Assembly (NCBI GenBank): GCA_001179505.1
Contig: CDMY01000253.1
Span: forward strand, 62,001-126,000
From: Vitrella brassicaformis CCMP3155
Taxonomy: Eukaryota > Protista > Chromerida
Direction of reading: 5' to 3'
Length of the DNA stretch: 64,000 bases
The position numbers and the translations under genes were made by a program. The notes beneath the pieces were generated by a model, which saw nothing but the letters and a program-made list of their open reading frames with translations, searched no databases and was not told the DNA's origin. How positions within the stretch are numbered: the first letter of the stretch is position 1; each line of letters begins with the position of its first letter. Below, piece after piece: positions 59,419 through 64,000 of the stretch.

Positions 59419-59965
59419 TTTTTCGAGCATGATAGCAGCGAAACTCTCTATGCTCATGTCTCTCTATGCTGCCACTTGGTGCAGGTATATCGGTGAAGCT
59501 CTCGTCGTCCTGCTGCTGTGCATGGATCGCATTCTAATATTCCCGACGGCCCCACAGGTACGTAAGTAAGGGAGAAAAAAGAGAATCATGAACGTTGGCT
59601 CATGGTCTCCTGTCTCCTCTCTTTGTTTCCTTATGCTTGGCCGCTTCGGCGGCCAGGCATCCATTGGCTTTCTCATCCATTGGCTTTCTCATCTTCAGAG
59701 TGTATCACTGACAATCGGGACGCCTCGGCGGAGCAGGGATGCGGTTACAAGATCCGGTGGCGTCTGGTCTGTGACAGTTACAGCGATTATGGGGAGTGCC
59801 CTATTATCTGTCTTCCCGTAGAGCGCCAGGCGCCACCTGGGAGCTGCGGCGCTATGTGCCTGGCTGAGAGGAGTCAGCAGCCCGACTGCCGTTGTGGCTT
59901 TACACGCCCATGCCCTATGCATAAGAACCACTGGGACAACAGCTGCTGTGACGTCACCGGAGATT

Positions 59966-60006
59966 GCACCGGACGCTAGGGACGGCACCGGACGCTAGGG
60001 ACGGCA
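59966..60006. repeat. 19-bp perfect tandem repeat (gcaccggacgctagggacg x2)
   Basis: Read directly from the sequence. Confidence 0.9.
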
Positions 60007-61274
60007 TGCACTCGATGGATGTGTGTGTGTGTGGTGAGTTCTCCTTGTGTTCTTTGTTGTCTTCTTGTCCATGTATGGCCGCAAGCGTCGCATCACTGAG
60101 TCTCTGTACGTCCATTACACCACATATTTGTCCGTCACTTTTTGCCGCTTGCCGGTGATGGCGTGATGTGTATTTGTGGGCTGACGAATGGCGAGAACGC
60201 GTACCTGTACAACGAGTGCGTGTGCTGTGTGCGCGCTGTCATGCGATGTCGGCGATATGATATTGAGCCTGTCTGTATGTGTACATGGGGGCGGGGACAA
60301 AGGAGGGAAAGTCGTGTGCGTCTTGTCAGGTGGGTTTGCTCCGCAAAAGAGAGAGCAGACCAGAGACGAGTGACACACACATTGACAGAAGAGGAAATGA
60401 ATGCAATATGCTTGCACGAACACCAACAAACTGCACAGACAAGGAACGCTTCAGACAAATCAACCAACGATTCGATCGACGCTGCAGCAGCCGATTGAGA
60501 CGACAAGCTGTGAGTGCTTCTCGCTCGGTGTGCCTCCTTCTTTGGGCCTCTTTCATGTGGCCTCGTCGATGGATGCGCAAGATGCTGGTTTGCGTGCGCG
60601 GCTGAGCTGGATCGTGCAATTGATTGATTGTTGCGTTCAATGATTACTCAGTGCTCTCAGCCCCGTGTCAGTGTGTCCGTGTGTGTCCCGCCCACCACCA
60701 TGCAATGCACTCACTTCCACACACGTCACAGATGCACGTATGGTGTACGCCTGCCGACCTGTCAAGGGCTCACTGTTTTGGAGCCAAATACACTGCATAA
60801 GCACCACACGACACGACACGACACAGTACAACAAACACTTATCACACGCACATGCATTCAACGATTTGGCCAAACTTACCGCAGTGTAAGCGAAAGTAAC
60901 AGCCGTGCGCATGAGCTACCGCCAGCAACTCTGCCGCTATGGCTCACGACAAAATCAACATTTGTGCTCATGCATGCCGCCGACGCCACGTGTCGGGAAG
61001 CCCCTGCCCGCCCGCCCGCGTGCACACAACACACACTCTCTTGCACCGCGTGTCACATTCGAGACGCCAGAGACACCTCGCGCAACAAGAAAGAGAGCAT
61101 ATGTATCTGTCGCACACATGATACGCACACACTAAGCCACGCAACACGCATACATCCCGTCCCGCCCCGCCCGTCCCATGCATTCACAACAGCGCATAGA
61201 CAAATACAAAGGAAACAGCGAGGTGCCACGCATGGCCGCCATTTCCCATCTCATGAGGAACTTCCATCAGGAAG

Positions 61275-62203
61275 TCACATAATGAGTGGCACGTTCAACG
61301 TCACGGGGTTAGGTGGAGCGCCACAATTGTCGCCCTTAAAGCCGATAAGTCTCTGAAAGAGATACACATGAAAATGCATATATGCCTCTCTGGCGCCCGT
61401 GCGTCTGTCCAGCTGTTTTGTCTTTATAGTGTCGGTGTCTGTGTCAAGACTGGCTCACGTAGAAACAATCTGCTCCATCCTGTGATCCATCACCTTCGCA
61501 AGAGAGCTGCACATATGGCACGCGCGAGAGGGACAGAATGGTTTCTATCATAATGCTGCCTTGGATGCATGTGCTGCTTCGGCTTGTCAAGCAGACGTGA
61601 GACGTACCGTAATTTCGTACTCAGCTGCCATTTCTCCAGAGTTGGCCACTAGAATCCAGTGGTCCGCGGGTGGGGCAAACTGTTAATTGATTTGCAATTT
61701 ACGCCCTGCCTGCCATTGCATATCATGCATTGACCGACCAGCATAGACGCCTGCCCAAGTAGCGCGAATTGTTTCGTGTCGCTGCTTACGAGGTGATTTC
61801 GCAAATGTCGAACCCCATTGCTTGCGGGGATTTGAGGTGCCAGCTGTGAGTGGTGTCGGCAGGAATCTGAAAAGGGCCAAGGTCTTCAAGGAACGCATAT
61901 TCGAGAAACCCAGTGTCATTCCGGAAGAATTCTGCACACAAGACAGAAACGGAAGGCACAGACATCTCTCCCTTCTCCACGTCTCGCTCGCTTTACCAGG
62001 GCAGTTAGCCTCAGGCTGTATGAGGCTGTCGGAATTCATGCCGTCACCTGTATCAGACAAGACGGACGCACGAAGGTCAGATTTCGTGCAGTGTCGAGTG
62101 TGGAGTGGCTCAGTCAGTCACCTTCCGCCTGCAGTCGGCGGAGCTGGCAGTTGGCGACGCCAGCGAGAGCGATGAGCAGCAGGAGAGACAGCGCGCGCGA
62201 CAT
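61275..62203 (-). CDS. Small secreted Cys-containing protein (~165 aa, ~7 short exons), not captured by the ORF track
   Basis: MSRALSLLLLIALAGVANC signal; exons GDGMNSD..NCP|EFFRNDTGFLEYAF..DICEIT|FAPPADHWILVANSG..EYEIT|LSCEGDG..DCFY|RLIGFKGDNC..LIM*. Needs an inferred 16-nt microexon near 61730-61746. Confidence 0.72.
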
Positions 62204-63037
62204 CGTAGTCACAGATGGATTGCAGCAAGATGCAACGTACGGGCGTAACGGTTGCCGTTAGCGCTCGCTTCTGGAAATTGTGGACAGATTCGACGTTGGC
62301 CACCGTCCCGCTTTCCCGATGACGATGACGCACAGTGATGACGCTGCGTGTGTTGGGCCTGCTCGTGTGTTGGGATTCTCAGCGGCGTCGCCCACTGGTG
62401 AGCCGATCCTGCATCGTGCACGCATGGTGGGGCCTGAGAGATCTGTCCTTCCTCCGTGTGTCCCTGCCCGCTTCCTCGTGCAGCGGACGAGCCTGCTGAG
62501 AACGGCGAGCCTCTCGCAGCGGCTGACCAGGCCGCAGAGCTCGAGCACACCCATGTAGGCCACCCATGATGGATGTGGTAGGCCACCCATGAAGGCGTTC
62601 CTCACGCACACACATGTGGGTTTTTTGTGTAAAACAAACTCAGGGCGGCCCCATCCTGCCCGGCGGGAGTGTCCTCGTGTTGCGTCCCACCACAAGATTC
62701 TCCCCCTGCCCACACCCGTGCCCACACCCATGCCCTCATTCGGACCGGCAGCACCACATTGCAGACACGGACAGTGGAATTGCAAAGCGATCGTTTGTGC
62801 ATCTCGAGGCGAGACTTGTGTGTCGCTTTTTGCAAACACACTTCAGAAACCGCTTATGTATGTCGTCAAGTCAATCATCCTACAGGCTAGCAGTAGCCTG
62901 TCTCTCTCTCCCGTCCTACGGTATGAGAAATCTCACATACCCATCCGCCCGCACACCACACCCAACCGACATCCACCCAAGCTAAGCTCACTTCCACGAA
63001 GAAAGACACCACATAGCCACCCACATATCCCACTTCG

Positions 63038-64000
63038 TCACACTGACGGCTGTGCAGGCCCAATCATTTTGATACTCCTGCGTCTCCTCCTGCCCGAAGT
63101 CTTGCGTTCATCATTCCAATCGAGTATCTGCTGTGCCATATCAGCCATCTGCTTTGCGTGATGCAGCTGCGCCTCCCACGTGCACGCCCCTCGTGGCTGC
63201 TGGCTCTTGCTCGGCCTGTTGGGGTCCTCTGGCGCTGGATTGCGAAGCGTCCGAACATGGAACGGCTCCAGCGGGGGTGTCTTGTCAAGGTCCCGAAGCT
63301 GGGCTAAACACGTGTTCTTCAGAGACAGGTAAATGGCCTCAGCGGCAGACTCCACGTGTGTCTTCCTCTGGGCGCCTGGCTTGGGCAGGAAGTCCCTCAC
63401 GAAGAGCCACGCGATGCCGAGCAGCTGAGAGTCCTCTACGCGAGGCCAGCAGGGGGCGTTGCGCACGTAGGCATGCCCAGGTGTGTACTTCCACTCTGTG
63501 GGGAGAAGTTTGTTCTTGATGTGCCAATACTCGTCCCAGGTGCGGGAAAACGACCAATCGAAAATGATGATGTCCTGGAAGCGAACACCGATGTACTGAA
63601 CCGCACCCAAAACACACACATCCACAGTCGCTCTCTCCTCACACACAGCGAGACATGGCAGCTTGCCCACCGAGTGCCGGTATCTCTGGTCCGGTCTGTT
63701 GGTGGCCTCACGAATGGTGATGTACTCTCGCGGATCCTTGCTAGGAGGGTAGGGGTACATCCGCAGGAAGATCTGGCTGCCGTGGAGGTCACAGTGCTGG
63801 ACGCCGTGGTGTCTCATACGATAGAGCACCTGTTCTATCGTGCGGATAAACACCCAGCCTTGCGGCAGGATCTCCTGCAATGCGCAAAGGCAGCAATGGC
63901 AGAAAGGGTAGACTCACAGCAACATTGGTGGCATGTCTCGCCCACCTCGTGCGTGACGAACTTTTGGTTCTCATAGGGAAGTTCCCAGCCTGTCACGTGG
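63038..64000 (-). CDS. Protein kinase-like (atypical or pseudokinase) gene, 5'-truncated by the window edge
   Basis: Catalytic-loop-like GVQHCDLHGSQIFL and DFG-like IIIFDWSFS; in-frame intron at ~63670-63590; upstream exon continues past 64000. Confidence 0.7.

Noticed and set aside
60628-61356. 242-aa ORF, and similar long ORFs 6223..6990(-), 14602..15540(+), 62258..62839(-)
   Set aside because: They are low-complexity His/Thr/Cys/Val translations of AC/GT-rich introns, or antisense or off-frame shadows of real genes.

Overview
Eukaryotic nuclear DNA: GC-rich and intron-dense, with short GT-AG introns full of (AC)n/(GT)n/(GACA)n microsatellites. Composition, intron style, bipartite plastid-type leaders and an apicomplexan-style membrane PDE suggest a chromerid alveolate such as Vitrella (inference; no database search was possible). 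I spliced exons by hand because the ORF track fragments every gene. About 15 apparently intact genes: METTL24-like methyltransferase, a DCC1+EGLN-like+CS fusion, cyclic-nucleotide PDE, RING-H2 E3, LRRC9, CLC transporter, PPR protein, class II aldolase, a kinase-like gene running off the right end, and several secreted or coiled-coil unknowns. Disabled or anomalous genes: a sulfotransferase with one in-frame UGA at a Trp position; an ~11-kb gene for a secreted protein with ~21 sushi/CCP modules carrying 3 in-frame stops, a 2-bp frameshift and lost Cys residues; and a decayed PHD-zinc knuckle-ePHD (PZP) gene. Structural oddities: a 473-bp tandem duplication with a snap-back templated junction, a modular A/B/C repeat array, and introns bracketed by complementary (AC)n...(GT)n tracts. 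No rRNA, tRNA, CRISPR array or transposase was recognised. Many exon boundaries are hand-inferred.
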